From assembly GCA_030141605.1 (NCBI GenBank), contig JAQGDQ010000039.1, forward strand, positions 912,748 to 976,541: a stretch of DNA of 63,794 nt, written 5' to 3'. Of this stretch, positions 1 through 14,601 are shown piece after piece. A model generated the notes under the pieces. That model did not search any database. It saw only the letters and a list, made by a program, of their open reading frames with translations, and was not told the origin of the DNA. A program made the position numbers and the translations under genes. The DNA is from Tubiluchus corallicola. Taxonomy: Eukaryota > Animalia > Priapulida. How positions within the stretch are numbered: the stretch's first letter is position 1; each line of letters starts with the position of its first letter.

Positions 1-105
1 ACTCAATCGTCAAGCAACAGTAACATAAGAATGGATTTACATAGCGCCCTAAAGACGAAAGGCATCCTTTATATTATTACTAGCTTCACATTGCCTAATG
101 CCTAC

Positions 106-273
106 CTCATCCGACGGTGACTGTGCAGACTTCCGACGCAACCGATTCCAGCTAACAATATTTCCGGTGTGTAAAATGAATGACGACGATTTCGAAAATT
201 CCACTTTAGTTTCCAATATTTCGAGTTTTTTAGAAACATCGTTCAGAGTTTCTAAAGTTGAACTCCCATCCAT
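106..273 (-). CDS. Possible first coding exon of an unidentified gene continuing off the left edge of the window
   Basis: ATG at 273 opens 56 codons (MDGSSTLETL...SPSDE) ending at a GAG|GTAGGC donor. No recognisable homology. Confidence 0.3.
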
Positions 274-2341
274 GACTTCACTACACTTGCTTAGCGTGCT
301 GTACCTGTACCAGTTTTTACTGGGTCAATTAATGTTCTGGGGCGCCATCAAACGGCAAATATTGCACTCAGAAAAATCTCGAGTTCATGACTCAGCATTA
401 TTTTTTTAGCACTTGAACTGTGAAAATGACGTCTTATAAAATAAAATTGGCTAGTAAAATAAAAAGCTAATAAAAGGCCAGGTTAAGTCTTAGAGTAAAC
501 TACCAAGTACCTATTATAATTTTACAGTATCGCAAAACCAGTTGTTGTTCCTAAAAATTAATGAATTAAAATGTTTTCAAAGTAACTTTCTAACTGGAAA
601 AAAAACTATAATGATAACCTACTTACATGGAAAAGTGCATTAATATTGATAAAAAAGAATGAATCCTAATTGCCTTAAAATATCAGTCATCGATACCTAA
701 CAATAACTTTGATCTGCAACGAATGGAAACCAACAGCCATACCTGACATTAATAAAATTACCAGATCGTCAGATTTCATGTTGCCACAAAATAATAAAAG
801 ATTATCTCTAATTTGCTATAATTGCAAACAAAAACTAAACAAGTTTATTGCATCATACATGATTTACTGTATACTTTACAAGTTGCCTCAATAAATGAAA
901 CAAGCTTTAGTTGTTTCATTAAAAAGTAGCAAACGACCAGATGAATAGAAATCAGCAAAATTGTGCAGCAACAAAAATTCCATGGGATGTTTTCAGTTCA
1001 AAATTTTAAATGTACATCTAATAATACATGAGGTAATATTGTTCCTGCTAAAAAACTTTAAAACAGAAAGAACGGTATTTTTCCTACTGATTCTATTTTC
1101 TTCTGTCAAAGTCAAGCATTACAAATAGAAATATTCCCTCACACTTAAATGGTAGCAATAATAACCACACAGTTTTTGATGATTTAAATAATAACAGCAG
1201 TTATTAACAATATAAAGAGACAAAATAATAATTATTGTTCACCAACAAAACCAAATTGTAAAATATTTACAGTAACATGTATATACATAACCACAGCTTG
1301 CTGTTTTATATGGAGTATGTACACTCAAAAATAACAATAAACTCTATACTACAAACACAGCAAAAAAGTACACATTAATTTTAAAGGCATAGATAACAAT
1401 TTGCAAAAAAAGCAACAAAATCTTGCTAGATATACACGTATTAACGAGAACTCTATTGCTATAGTACTACTAACAAGCAGCAGCAGTACACTGAGCAGCC
1501 TAGCTCCTAGAGTAATAACACGAGTAGTGTAACAACACCTACTAATATACAACATTATCTGAAATACAATAGCACATTAATGAGCTGTTTTTTCATACTA
1601 CAAATGCACCAGTTTGCGTCAATAAACTAACGAAAATAATATTATTATAATGCATTTTTAAAGTCAGCAAAAAATCTACAGAAGTGAACTTTCTAACAAA
1701 TTAATTCTACTATACTGTAGCACATTTTTTGGAAGAGAGGTCTCTTACATTCCGTACAAACATGTTCACAGAAAATTTTCTGAAAGACTTGAGAAATATT
1801 TCTAAACAGTGCTATACAACATAGTGACAGAGTCATCCAAGTTACCACTAGTAGCTATTGCTTGTTTTATAGATATAAAAGGGTCCTTGCAGCATTTACG
1901 TTTAACTACGTGCCACATACAAAACATACCAACTAATCATTATACTTCAATACACTGGGCAAAAAATAAACGAAATGTCTACATCATATGGTGATGGACA
2001 CAGCACTGTGCACAGTAACTGACACCATAAGCATCTTTCACCGGGGATTTGATCATATTTGACAAATGCAAAATGTCTTTAAGCAATGTTCAGAAAAAGA
2101 TATAACATCTTGCACCAGCGCAAACTAATGACAAATACAAACAGCTTACAGCATCATCATAAAATCCAATGAAAAACCATGTCGCAAATCTTCTCAAAAT
2201 AAACTGATCACAAAACAGTGTCAATAAACACATTTTTTCCTTTTGTTGATCCAGTTAAAAACAAACTGTTAGTGACGCCAAACCGCTACAAGCGAAATCT
2301 TATCAGATCAGAAATTTGCACTTGAACATTGGCTCCATCTA

Positions 2342-5300
2342 TCAGTCCACTTCTGCTGGTGACTCATCTTCACTTACACTGGCTTGTTCGTTTTCCAAAT
2401 ATGCACAATGATTATCCAGAACAATGCGAGCAAGTTCCTTTATGCGACTGTACGGAGCCGGATGATGTATCAGTGCATCCAGTAGCTCCAATCCACCTTC
2501 GGCTTTAATTAATCCGCAATACTTGCTAGCTACAATGCAAAACACAACTTAATAAACAAAGAGCTGTCTAATTAAACAACAACAGTAGTTGGCTGTAATA
2601 TTAAAAATGGTATCAGAATGAACGAGCAGTCACAGTAGTATAGAAAAGCTAACTTTAACAGAAATGCTATGGGAGTTAAAACATCACACACAGAAAACAG
2701 ACAATTTCCAAACTTAATTCATTTTGAGGTGTAGTAACAGATTTTAATTTTAAAATTATAAGTGTAATCAATATTACCAAGCAATTACCTCTTTACTATG
2801 TTCGTTAAACAAAAACAGACTGTAATTTTACAAAAAGCCAAGCTTTAATTAATTTCATTAATACTTACGATAAACTTTTGTTAAATTGGCAAGAGCCCAC
2901 ACTGCCCAATGTTGAACTTGAGGTGTTTCATAACAAGGAACCAAGCGAAGAATCGGTTCAAATGACCTGCAAATATAATAAAATTCCATCAAACTGAAAT
3001 CAAGCTAAAAAGACGTCACCACTCTAAAAATGTTAACGCTACCTGTTTTAATTTTTTACAACTTCCAAAAAGATGAAAAAGAAAAATTGAAGTTCACGAT
3101 ACACATGCACTAAATTTGCCGTTTTTTGTAATACCCAGTAAAGCAGTAGAATTTATATTAGTTTTTCTTAATTGCAGGTCACATTCTGTAAATAATTCCA
3201 AGGCATTAGCCGTAAAAATTACAAACTCTTGTCAAGACACTAAAAGGCAAAATTATGGTCTACTAAAAAATCACATTTAACTAATTAAATAAAAAATTAT
3301 AAGATCACTTATAAGATCATTTCTTGGTGATTCAGGAGCTTGAGAACATCTTAGCCCTATTAAGAAACATATTTCACATTTTGGTCTACTAAATTCAGCG
3401 GTATAGCTTAATGGTAGTGTGTTTGCTTCCCATCTGGGAAGATGCTGGTTCAACTCCTGCCAAGTCACACCAAAGGCTAAAAAGTGGTACAGCTGGTTCT
3501 TCGACCAAGCACGTGGGTTTAACGAAGTAATACGCAGGTAATAATAATCGGGACCAACTTAGAAATAAGCATTGTGTTAATTAAGGTGTTATCCCTCGAC
3601 TATGTCTTAAACGAAATTATTGTTAATAATTTCTTTCCATGGACCTAATATCTCTTTCTTCATGTGAAAGAAATATATCATAAATTGAATTAAGGCAGGT
3701 TATTCTGCCAGTACCTGTAATTAATGTTTCGCTTTTTCTTCAGACTCCAGCTTTCAATAGCCTTTTCCATTCTGTACAAAACATCAGTCCTTCTTGGTCT
3801 TTCTATTGCCCAACTGCTCGGCCCGTCTGAAGATATGTGAGCGAGAACACCAGCTGAATTATAGCTGACCTCTATACCATCACTAGTGCTGTCCAACAGC
3901 TCACTGCATCACGTTAAAAAATCAATAACATTTTCAAAATCAACAAAGACATTAAACAGAATAATCTTAGTCGATTTGAATGTACACCTCTGTCAATAAA
4001 AGAAACGTCTAACAATAAACATGACAAACCAACCGACAGATTGCCTCACATTTCAAATGACTCAGCATTTTAGTATTTGGTGACACCAATGTCGTAAACT
4101 TTCCTGAAATAGCAGGATAAGCATAGTGAACTATCATCAAATGGTAAAAAAAATGAAACATCGTAAAATAGTATCTCTTTAGTAAAATATAATACCCACT
4201 TAAAAACACTGATGTACTCAGTTGTCATCATATGATGTCTTAATTCTTTCACTTCAGCCACATTGCCTAGTAAACCCATCATATTTCTAAGTAATTCATC
4301 CCGCTCTGGAAAATTCTAGAAAAACAACAAGAGCAATTTGATGATACTAAGAATATTCATAAGCAACAATCACTGTCATTTAACTATAAAATTGACTTGA
4401 CTAATTAATGAGTTGTAAATCGGAAAAATCTGCTTAAGGAAATACTCACTCTCAAGCATTCCAAAAACAAATGCATTCCATTTCCATCCAAAAATCGACT
4501 GCAGTTTGAAGGCGTTTCATCTACAGTAACAAACAAATTCTCATATTAATTGACTGAAGCAACATTCACTGTCTACAGCATAGTAATTAAATTAAACAAA
4601 TTTCAATGCAAAACATTTTATACTAATATAATAACATTATAGTATAATAAATGCTTCGTGGTAAATTAACCACATAAAGACAAAGCCATAACTTAATTAT
4701 GATCTTGCAAAGAGGAAGTCTTTAAAACTTCAACAATTTAAAGTCACATAAACAATCATCAAATACTTTAATCTCAATTTTTTGTGAAGCATCAAATTTT
4801 TACAGATATATTTTATTAGAAAGCTGGATATAACATCAACAAACTGTAACTTTACAAAGCAAACATCATTTTCTATATGAACCTAACTTCTTTCTTTAGC
4901 AAAGCTTAAAAGAGTATTTGGCAATTGCATATTTTATGCAATTACATGATGGGTTAAAAAATCCTGTTACCCAAACAAAGGTTAGGTTACATGACACCAC
5001 TGGTGTAAAGTAAAATTACAGATGAATTGACACCATAAAGCTAGCAGTACTCAATATATACTTACCAGTAACATTCCACATTGTACTCCAAGCAATGTCC
5101 ATTACGTCATCGCAAACTTGATTCTCAAGACGTTTCGTTATCACATCTAACATTATCTACAATATGAGAAGTATCAGAATAGAATTTTATAACTTTATTG
5201 TTAATTTTTTTAATATTGTACCTACAACAGTTTTATCATGTTTGTTTTTCCTTCTTTTTCACACAGGCTGCTGTGATCTTCAACCAAGTTTAATGAAAAA

Positions 5301-8300
5301 TTGTCTAAAACGACAGACTAGACACTACAAGAATCTTTTCTATACTAATAAATGGCACGGCGATTTTTATAGATTTAACCATTCTTGCACATAGTGAATG
5401 GTAAAAATTAAGAAAAAAATGCTTTTTGATTTTAGTGGCAAAAGGAAATTGAAAAAGAAATGAAATGTCAAACAGCAAAAAGTATTTTGCAATTTTAATT
5501 TGTGAGACACATTATGATAATTTAAAGCAAAATATCAAGAAAAGTAACTTTTATGATAGAATTACAAAAATCCGTGTAGTTGTTTAAAATATGAGTAACA
5601 CAGGCAAATCTTGGAATACGAGAATAATTAATTATTCAGTATAGTAGCCTACTGGTCTAATGCATCTGCCTCCTAAACAGAAAGTCTGTGGTTCAAATCC
5701 AAACTGTATTCCAACTTTTTTTTTACATTTCCTGCCTCTCAAATTTGGCATTAAAATTTAATTAACTATGGGTTTATACCATCAAGAGAATAACTAATAT
5801 ATTCCACACGTATTCTATACATTTAGATACATTAAGAAGGCATCATTATACCTCTATAGCACCATGTTCCCCGACTAGCCGTTTTTGCTCACCATCTACT
5901 TGACAAGCGAGGCTGTTTAATAAGTAGATGCTGACTCTTTGGATAAAGGGATCCTGAGACTCTCTTCCTACTGTTCTCAGCAGTACTTTAACCAGCTTCT
6001 CATATGCAAATAACTAAACCAAAGATTATTTATTATCACTCAGATTTTGAAGATAAGCAATCAATTATTCAGGCAAGTCCAGTGACACGATGAACGAAGT
6101 TAGTTTTCCACTGTGCTGTGGTGAAAAGGCCAGTGTAGGCACTCAAAGCAAAAGCTATAGATTCCATTTAATTAAAACGGGGCTGCTTTCTAAGCACTAC
6201 GACAAATTTTTCAAATTCATATTTATTTTCAAATCTGTATTACCATTTTAGGCAGAAGAGAAACAACAAAGAATGCTTATCAAAAGCTGACAGTCTAAAA
6301 AAAGTTTGGAAGCCCCGCCCAGTGCACATCCATCCTCTCGTTGTCAAGACGATTATAATCATTGAAAAAAAATTATGAAAATGGCATTAAAATACCTCTC
6401 AGAGCACTTATATTACAATTAATATTACAAATGAAAATAAATAATACAACTACCACATCATGAGGCATGGAAAACTGGCAGAGAGTTAAGCAGCCGTTTC
6501 TCATCATCTGAAAGAAAACAAAATGACAAATTAATTTGAAGCTACTTAACTCAGCTTAGCAAACTACACTAGCACCAACTTCGAACCAACAGCACATCTA
6601 CACGTTTTGAAAATTATATTTTTGCGAGATTTGCCATGATAATTAATATTAATCTTATTAGGAGGTTGAAAAAACAGATTTTAGCGGACATAACCTGACA
6701 CACAATATACAACAAATCAAATCTTATAAAAAATTAAAACAAATAAAATTGAAAAATAACTGAGCAGACAGATACACCTTTTTTTTGAAAATGTGCTTTA
6801 TCTCGAAGCACAAGTAAACTGATAAATTCCAGCTACAGCAAGGGTGTGCAAACCGTGGCCCGCGGAGAGATGTTGTGTGGCCCACGAAGAGGTTTGTCAA
6901 CCTAATAAAAGTGCGACCCAGGCAATGAATTGAGTCGTAAGTATCAGGAAGTTTTTTCTAGCTAAAGTCAGCAATAGGAGGACCAACCAGCCAATCTCTA
7001 GGCTTCTATTATAGGGTCTGTTGAATCAGCTCAGTCGTCTTCTTGGTCATAGTAGGTAGATCATTTTGATTTGGTTATTTTATAATATGTAATTTATTTT
7101 ATATAATAAATATATATAATAACCAAGTCAAAAAGATCTACCTGCTATGACCAACAAGGCGACTGGGCCGATCAATTTATAAGTAGCTTGCAAGCTGAAA
7201 GTATGGTCACCCTTGATATAGGCGGATTCCCAGACCTTAGTTTCTGTTTAGGCACGGCAATTCACGCCTCAATCAGTGGTTGTTTCAGTGTTTCATCAGG
7301 TGTAGTGTTCTTATAGATCAGAATCAGTACTAATGTGCATTGTAATAAGATTACCTGACAGTGAAAAATTATCCATCATCTTATCTTATCACAGTGCCAC
7401 AAACACAAAATAGAAATGCAGAAAAATGATAACTAGCTATAACATACCGAATTCTGCATGTTGAACCGATCCATTCCATTTAGTAAAGCAGTAATAATCT
7501 TCCTAAGAAAGAATTTAGATTTCGTATTTATTATTGGGTTTTAAAATGTTCAAAGCACCACTGAGCTATTTTCAATGTGATGTGTGCAGTACTAGTTACC
7601 TAATTATATTGCATCAAAACATACACGCATTAATTAACTTTCAAGACGTGTTCCTAAAAAGCTTCATTTTAGTGTTGACTAACACATTGGGAAAAATTTA
7701 TAAGTATTATATTTAGTATAGGCAATGTATGAAATGCATGCCATTTACTACATTTAGAAAAATTTAAACGTTAGAATAGTGCTGCCAGCCACCCAGTGCT
7801 CCACATTTTCACACAATGATAGAGCTACCCGGGAAAACACTGTTAAAAGTTCCAGCAAGCATACAAATTAGACTGTCTTTATCCAATCACATTTTGTGAA
7901 AATTTGACTAAATTAAACTAACTAAACCCGACTGACTCGACCTAATAAATATAATTAAAACCACGTTACAGCAAATGTAGATAATAAAGACTAGCTAACT
8001 TTAAAATCATTTTATCAATTCATTCTAATATCTCAGTAAACATACTTAGAACATACAAATATGCAGTAAATAGCACTGCATTCACAATTAACTCACCTTT
8101 TTACTTTCGAAGTAAAAATTGGCTTCTCATCGCTCTTCATAATATAAAACAGAGATGCACTAAATACAGAAAAAAATCAATATTCAGATCTTGTTGCTAA
8201 TTACAAACACAAAAACAAACTTGCTTTGCTGAACTATCTGAGCATCTTATACAATTTTGTCTCTAGCATTTTCATACTTAACACATTTTTATGCTAAACC

Positions 8301-11300
8301 TCCACCTGATATTTAACTAACACTAATTTACTGAGAATTACTAATTTATGTAAAAGGTATAAACTCTATAAAACTGACAGAGCTCTTACCTCCCAGATAT
8401 CTGCACTAGTTTATTATTAGCATGGTTTTCCATAGCTAATAGAATCAACTGAAAAATAAAATGTTTTTCACATTAGCGGCTCAAGAAAATGCTGTAAAAA
8501 TGTTTTTAATTTGAATGTGTGGTGAACATTTTTTCTCATTACGTTCTAGATATCGATGCAATATGGTTCAATGGCACACGTAACAAAAAATGCATTGGAT
8601 AAAGTACACTTGTAACCGGTGTTTTGGCATGCATAGACCATCTTTCAGAGTTTAACCAACTGACTTATATGCTCATTAAACTCATTAAAAGTCACCCTGC
8701 TTTGTTCTGCAGCAAAGAACTAATCTTGCCCAGCAGATAAATAGATAACAACCTTCACAGAAGAAAACAATATGTAAATAAACAATTCTCATAGACCAAT
8801 GTAACACACACACGCGCGCGCACGCACACACACACACACACATACAGTACCCCACAGGGTAGTATATTGGGACCACTGTTGTCTGTTTTGTTTATTAACG
8901 ATCTACCTGAAGTTCTCGATCCTGTTACTTGTAAATTATATGCTGATGATTTGAAAATGTGTGCTTCATGTGCAGGCCATTTATTATTGCGTTGTGCTAC
9001 TGACCAATTAACAGACTGGTCCTACAAATGGCAACTGAATATAGCTGCGCATAAGTGCACCATGTTTCATTTAATATTTGGCAATCCTTATCTTCAGTAT
9101 TTTCCTAATGGCACCCCCCTTACCCATAGTAACGAATGTAATGACTTGAGTGTTACAGTATTATCCGCTTTCAAATTCTCAACACATTGTATCATAGTTT
9201 CTAAAGCATTTTGTATGGCAAACATGATTTTTCGGTGTTTCTACACTATAAACAAAACTGCACTGTTGAATGCTTATAAAGCTTATGTGCGTCCCTTGTT
9301 GGAGTACTGCTCATCAGTGTGGTCCCAGCACTATATGCAAGATACTGACAGTATTGAAAAGGTCCAGAGATATTTTTCTCGTAGGCTGTACCAACGATGT
9401 CACTTTAATTATGTCTCTTATTTAGACAGACTGTCAAAACTAGAATTGCAGCCACTCGAATTAAAACACTAGTTTGTGATCTTAAGATGTTATACAAAAT
9501 TTGTCATAAATAGTGGATTTAAGTTTTGATGATTTTTTCCAGTGTGCTTCAACCAACCACTTGCATGGTCACAACTTTAAATTGTGTACATCTTTCTCGA
9601 GATTAAACGTATCAAAATTTTCATTTGCTAACAGAGTTGTAAACATTTGGAATGCTCTGGATTCTCATGTAGTTCTAGCTACCAGTTTGTCAGTTTTCAG
9701 TAAAAGATTAACTAATGCTAATTTACTGCCCATTGCAACGTTATCCAAAACATGTAACATTGTCATGGCGTAATTGGTTCTTTCCAAATCGTATTACTGT
9801 ATAAAACGTGTTGTATATAGTATATAATTCATATTTAGGTACATTTTATTAGGAGCTTTTTAATGAGAGATATTCAACTTTAGGGTATTGTTTTTAGAAT
9901 TTTATTTCTGTGCATCTTTTTAAGTCTTATAGGAACAGCGTAAGTGCGTATGCACCTGGAGATTCTTTCTTTCATACAATTTTAGTATATGCATAAATGT
10001 CAATAATAAATAAATAAATGTGAAAATGTAGGTACTCAGGTTTGTGTAGAAAATGAAAGTTGTTTGCTTTATACTGTTTAACATGCTTGTCTGACAACAA
10101 AGCACATGATTCACTAGTTACAGTTATTAAACAGATTTCAAAGTGACCTTAAAACCAACATGTTTTACCCTATTAGTATAATTGTGAATTTACTCATGTG
10201 CACTGTACCTCAAGTGCGCGGCGGTTATTATGCACTGTCGTTGTCCTATATAGTTGAAATAAATCATTCAATGACCTTACTAGCTGTTCAACTCTATCCA
10301 TGTAGTGTTCCAGTGAGGTTATAATCTGTTGTTCATTAGCATCTCCAGCAACCTGCATGAATCAAGTAACAGACTGACATTACTATCCCATAAAATGGCT
10401 AAAAATACAAATGTGTTGATTAAACGCAACAGCTTAAATACAAACACACAATTGCTTAACTAAATATTGAAAAGAGGCAAAACAGAACAATTCTGAACTT
10501 GCCTTGAACTATCGAACATGGTCTTAATATATTTTCTTAATATTTTAACTACCTTACCTGAAAAAATATCAACATATCAATTTTTAGTGATATTTTAAAA
10601 CAATAGCTCAATCAGTTTTAATTGTGTTGCCACATTTCTGATCTCACGTATTGTACAATAAAAGCTCGACAACTGTAAGATAATAAAATATGCAAAGAAA
10701 ATTTCAAAAGTTTTGCCAAATTTAAAACTGCAAAAAGTTAATCCAAGGTTTCTTAAACAATGTGGCACTCAAACACTGCAGTCTGTCACCTCAGCAATGC
10801 ACTTTACTCATGAGTTCAGCAAGCCATCAATACAGACAACTGTAGTGACTGTAGAGACCCGTCCGCTCTTAGTATTCGCCTTTAACTCATCATTGGTAGA
10901 CAATGCACATGTTAGATATGCAGGTTTTACAGTAAAGTAATAAGCCTTTTCACAGTTCTAGCGATTGATGATGATCGTGAAAAGGTCAAAGGTTAAGTGA
11001 AACAGACAATGCCTCACAGACCAAGCTACTGTAATAGTAATGGTTTTAACAGCTAGCTAGAATGATACCTAGTTCATTTTTTCTTGTGCCCAAGCAAGAT
11101 CCTGCTAATACGTCACTCTGTGCACAGACTAATGCATAGGCCCCTACTTAAGTAAAGTCCATGTAAGACAAATGAAGTTACTGAACTAATGCATCAGATG
11201 GCTTTGCTTTACATACATGTGACATGACGGTTGTAGTCAAGACGTATTGCTGGGTTCACTGAACCTTCGACCTACAGCAACTGTGCATGTGCACAACGAA

Positions 11301-14300
11301 ACAGTGAAAAAGCTTACTGCCCAAAAAGTACAGCTTATAATCACTTAACTACAAGAATCCTTAAGAAATAAAACCGTAGCTATATGATAACCTATAAGAA
11401 ATGACATAAAATCAATGCATATATTGAGAAAAGGTAACCCCCGTGAATGTCACTTCAGAACCAGCTATACACTAAATCCGGTAAAATACTAAACTACATT
11501 ACTTTTACAACATACAAGACTATAACAGAATTTTTTTGCTTAATAATAACATTACCTGTAGTGCTGGGATGTGTTGCCGAAGGCAAGGTTCATTTACGCA
11601 GTTCAGAAGACCAAGAAATTCCAGAGGTTGACGTAAACATCGAAGAGCAATGATTTCACTCTGAATAACACTACGAACAACAAAAGCATTAAAGTCAAAC
11701 AAAACCCTCACTGTAATAAGCTTTTACAACTTGCAATCAAACTCTCATTACAAATATTCAGTTTATTTTTATAAACTTACTGTAAACTTGTTTCTTTTGA
11801 TTTTTATCACTTCGTTGTTAGCGGTATTAAATTTGAAGAAATGCCATTTTTCGTTGCACGAGACAAATGATGTAATGAGTACAATCACGAGGTCACCAAA
11901 GATCGGTAAACAAACACGGTTTAACCAAAAACGATTTTTACACTAAGTACGTCATTCTCACTCACTCGCGCCAAAGATGCAAAACATAGCAATCTTTGCG
12001 GTTTTTGGCAAACAATGGCAGTCTTTGCGGCAATGCACATGTTCGAAATTTGCCAGAAAAATTCAAGATATTTAATTTATAACTTTCATTCGTTTAATGA
12101 TAACTGGGAATTCTTTGTGTAATCATAATAATATCGCTAAAAAACCGCCAGTGTCTGTTGGAGTTATATAAGCCTTTAAGTCGAACCAAGGCCATACAAA
12201 AAGTAATGTTTTACATTTATAATATTAATTTTAGTAGTGAATCAGTTGTTGCAACTTGGTGTGCTTACTTTTTAGCACTATCAACTTTTTTCTGCCTAAA
12301 GCCACCAACATCATTGCTATCGTCATCGTCATCGTCATCGAAGTAATGATGACTGTTGTGGTTTTGTAAAGCATTTTGCTGGGGTTGCTCAAGAGCAGCT
12401 AGTTCAGTACAAGAAATGTCTAATGACACCAATGCAGGTAAACTGCTGACAATCATTTGTAGCAACGAATTTGCCTTCCGAAAATCCATGGTTGCTTGCT
12501 CTTCACTACGTGAAATGTCTAAATGCCTGAAAAAGAGACACACTACAGTACATTCAAGTCCAATGAGGTTAATATGTCACCTATTCAAGGATTCTAAGCA
12601 CAAAAACATATGAATGGTTCTCCAAAAAGTCTACCACTCATTTTGAGAAAAGTAAATGCAAAAGACTTAATACAGACTGTGTGCAAAACGACAATGCATA
12701 AAAATATCATAAAATAGTCATTTAACTCCTTCACAACTATCAATATTTAGGCCGTTTTGGCACCCTTGGATATATGATATATATATATTTATAGTGTATG
12801 ATATATAAAGAAAATTTAATTCTTTTTCAGAATGAATATATATATATATATATATATATCATTCTGTCATATATATATCATTCTGATATATATATATATC
12901 ATATATATCATTGAGGCATATCAATATATATATATAATATATATATATATATACTTTCAGAATAAATAAATAAATATATATATATTTATTTATTTTGAGA
13001 GAAATAAATTTTCTTTCTAGCACTGTAAATTTAATGTTTAGATCTTTTACTGATTAGCAGGATAATTTGAGACGTTTGCAAAATTCCACTGAGTTTTCAT
13101 TTCAAAGTTTTTTCATATCATTCCAAATGACAGCTTACACATATGACTGTTCAACAAAAAATCTCTAGAGCATTGTAAATTCAAAAGCATGATAATATTC
13201 AAATGTGTTCCGAGTACTGCTCACTGTCATTGCTTGCTGTTGCTACTTTCTGTGAATATACACTCAAATGACAACAAAGATTACCTCGGCCTGCTAATAA
13301 TAGCCTGCGCAAATGAGGGTCGGACAGATCAAGTTCATTGTTACCTGAGATGTTATACAAGTGCAAAGCAAAATTTTTAACCATTAGTTTGCAAAACACT
13401 TCCTCAAAGACTGAAAATGAAGAACACAACAGAACTTTTTTGTTCTCATATAATTTACTTGTAAGCTATCAGTTTTTTTTAAAAATTTCACAAAATTTGG
13501 AGAGTAGAAACTTTATGCTAATAGGGAATTGTTTTTTAACGTGTCCGGAAAGAGTTAAAGTGCCTAAATAAAATACTAAAAACAGGATTGTAATCAAAAT
13601 GCCTAAACCTTCACAAAGCCTTTAACATGTATTTCTGTCAAATATATATATAGTATATATATATATATATATTAGTAGGACAATACATTTTAAATGTATA
13701 ACAATACCTTTTAAATGTGTAAACAGAATCCTGCAAGAAACGTTTGTAATCAATAAAAATATTTTTACCTGAGTGTTTTGATGTTGCAAATAGTGTTTAC
13801 AAAACGATGAAAGTCAACAACATCATACAAAACAAGAACAGACAAGTTTTTTAGATGTGAAATATGACGTAGAATCCCATCACTATGGCACAGTGACAAG
13901 TCCAAATACTGTAACTGATGTAACGGCTGTAACAATTTTTGAAAAGCTGTAGGCGCTTCGGCAAGTGAAATATCAAGGTTATTAATGGTCAAGACACGTA
14001 GATTCGGAAATAAGGATTCCACATTCAAGTGCGATTGATCGTCTTCTGTCAGACGTGATAGCGAAGAAGGACTAATATAGTCCAATTGGTCTGGTTTTGT
14101 TTCGTTAACTGATGTAGAAGACAACAACTGCGGTGCTGAAAGACCCAATCTTAAAATCCGCAGACTACGTATTTGCTGAATCCTGTGCATGGATAAATGT
14201 GTTAATTTCTTACAATTTGAAATATTCAGTTCTATGAGAGAATGATTACTGATAACAGCAATATCAGCATCAGTTACTTCATCACTGTCCTGAAAGTTGA

Positions 14301-14601
14301 CCCTTTTCAGTCCACGACACTTCATATTCTCAAAAATACTGACAAATGTATCTAAGGAGACAAAGTCTTCCGGGGACAGATTAAAATTATGGTAGCCCTT
14401 GCGACAGAACAAAAAAGTTCTTAGCAAATGTTCACATATTTCTGAAGGCAAGGCCACATTTTTCCTTATTCTGTATCTACAATGTTGTCTGTCATATTCC
14501 GCCAAAGTATTGAAATTTCGGCAGCATAACTGCAAGCAAATGTCAAAGAGTGACTGTGGTGCTTCAGATTCAAAGAGACGTGGAATTGAAGGCTTCTTCA
14601 T
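2342..14601 (-). CDS. ZER1: Protein zer-1 homolog (ZYG11/ZER1 family CRL2 substrate receptor; LRR + ARM repeats), 15 coding exons
   Basis: Exons in transcript order: 14601-13769, 12526-12269, 11658(or 11660)-11556, 10352-10209, 8448-8390, 8159-8097, 7502-7448, 6507-6454, 6013-5852, 5156-5066, 4520-4450, 4315-4200, 3903-3715, 2966-2869, 2529-2342. All introns are GT-AG with consistent phases, except the exon2/3 junction, which needs the second AG of CAGAG. The N-terminal PQSLFDICL is BC/VHL-box-like and is followed by LRRs. Motifs WNVTDETP, RNMMGLLGNVAEVKELR, DGIEVSYNSAGVLAHI, RNINYRSFEPILRL and QHWAVWALANL match ZER1. Confidence 0.95.
3398..3610 (+). mobile_element. Degenerate tRNA-derived SINE in a ZER1 intron
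   Basis: A-box TAGCTTAATGG and B-box GGTTCAACTCC at tRNA-like spacing, followed by GTCACACCAAAGGCTAAAAGTGGTAC, a body typical of invertebrate tRNA-SINEs. No intact acceptor stem. End coordinate approximate. Confidence 0.6.
5638..5710 (+). pseudogene. tRNA-like sequence within a repeat related to the 39.2-40.2 kb foldback element
   Basis: TAGCCTACTGG A-box, TCTGC-ctcctaa-ACAGA anticodon-like arm and GGTTCAAATCC B-box. The downstream flank (acatttcctgcctctcaaatttggcatt) resembles 39777-39815. Confidence 0.5.
6838..7175. mobile_element. hAT/Charlie-like MITE end followed by a ~150-bp palindromic element
   Basis: gcaagggtgtgcaaaccgtggcccgcgg resembles Charlie-type ends. 7021-7080 and 7117-7175 are imperfect inverted repeats around an AT-rich loop. 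Confidence 0.5.
8850..9725 (+). mobile_element. 5'-truncated, decayed CR1/L2-type LINE (RT 3' half and C-terminus), antisense in a ZER1 intron
   Basis: ORF 8867-9472 has LGPLLSVLFINDL, KLYADDLK and YKAYVRPLLEYCSSVWS; 9513-9773 has GHNFKL and FANRVVNIWNAL. Stops separate the parts. Confidence 0.9.
10939..11318. mobile_element. MITE, copy A (TIR AATAAGCCTTTTCACAGTT)
   Basis: Terminal inverted repeats at 10939 and 11300-11318. Its left ~60 bp is the reverse complement of 26028-26090. Confidence 0.65.

Noticed and set aside
3398-5710. Functional tRNA genes at 3398 and 5638
   Set aside because: Acceptor and T stems are broken and the sequences continue into repeat bodies.
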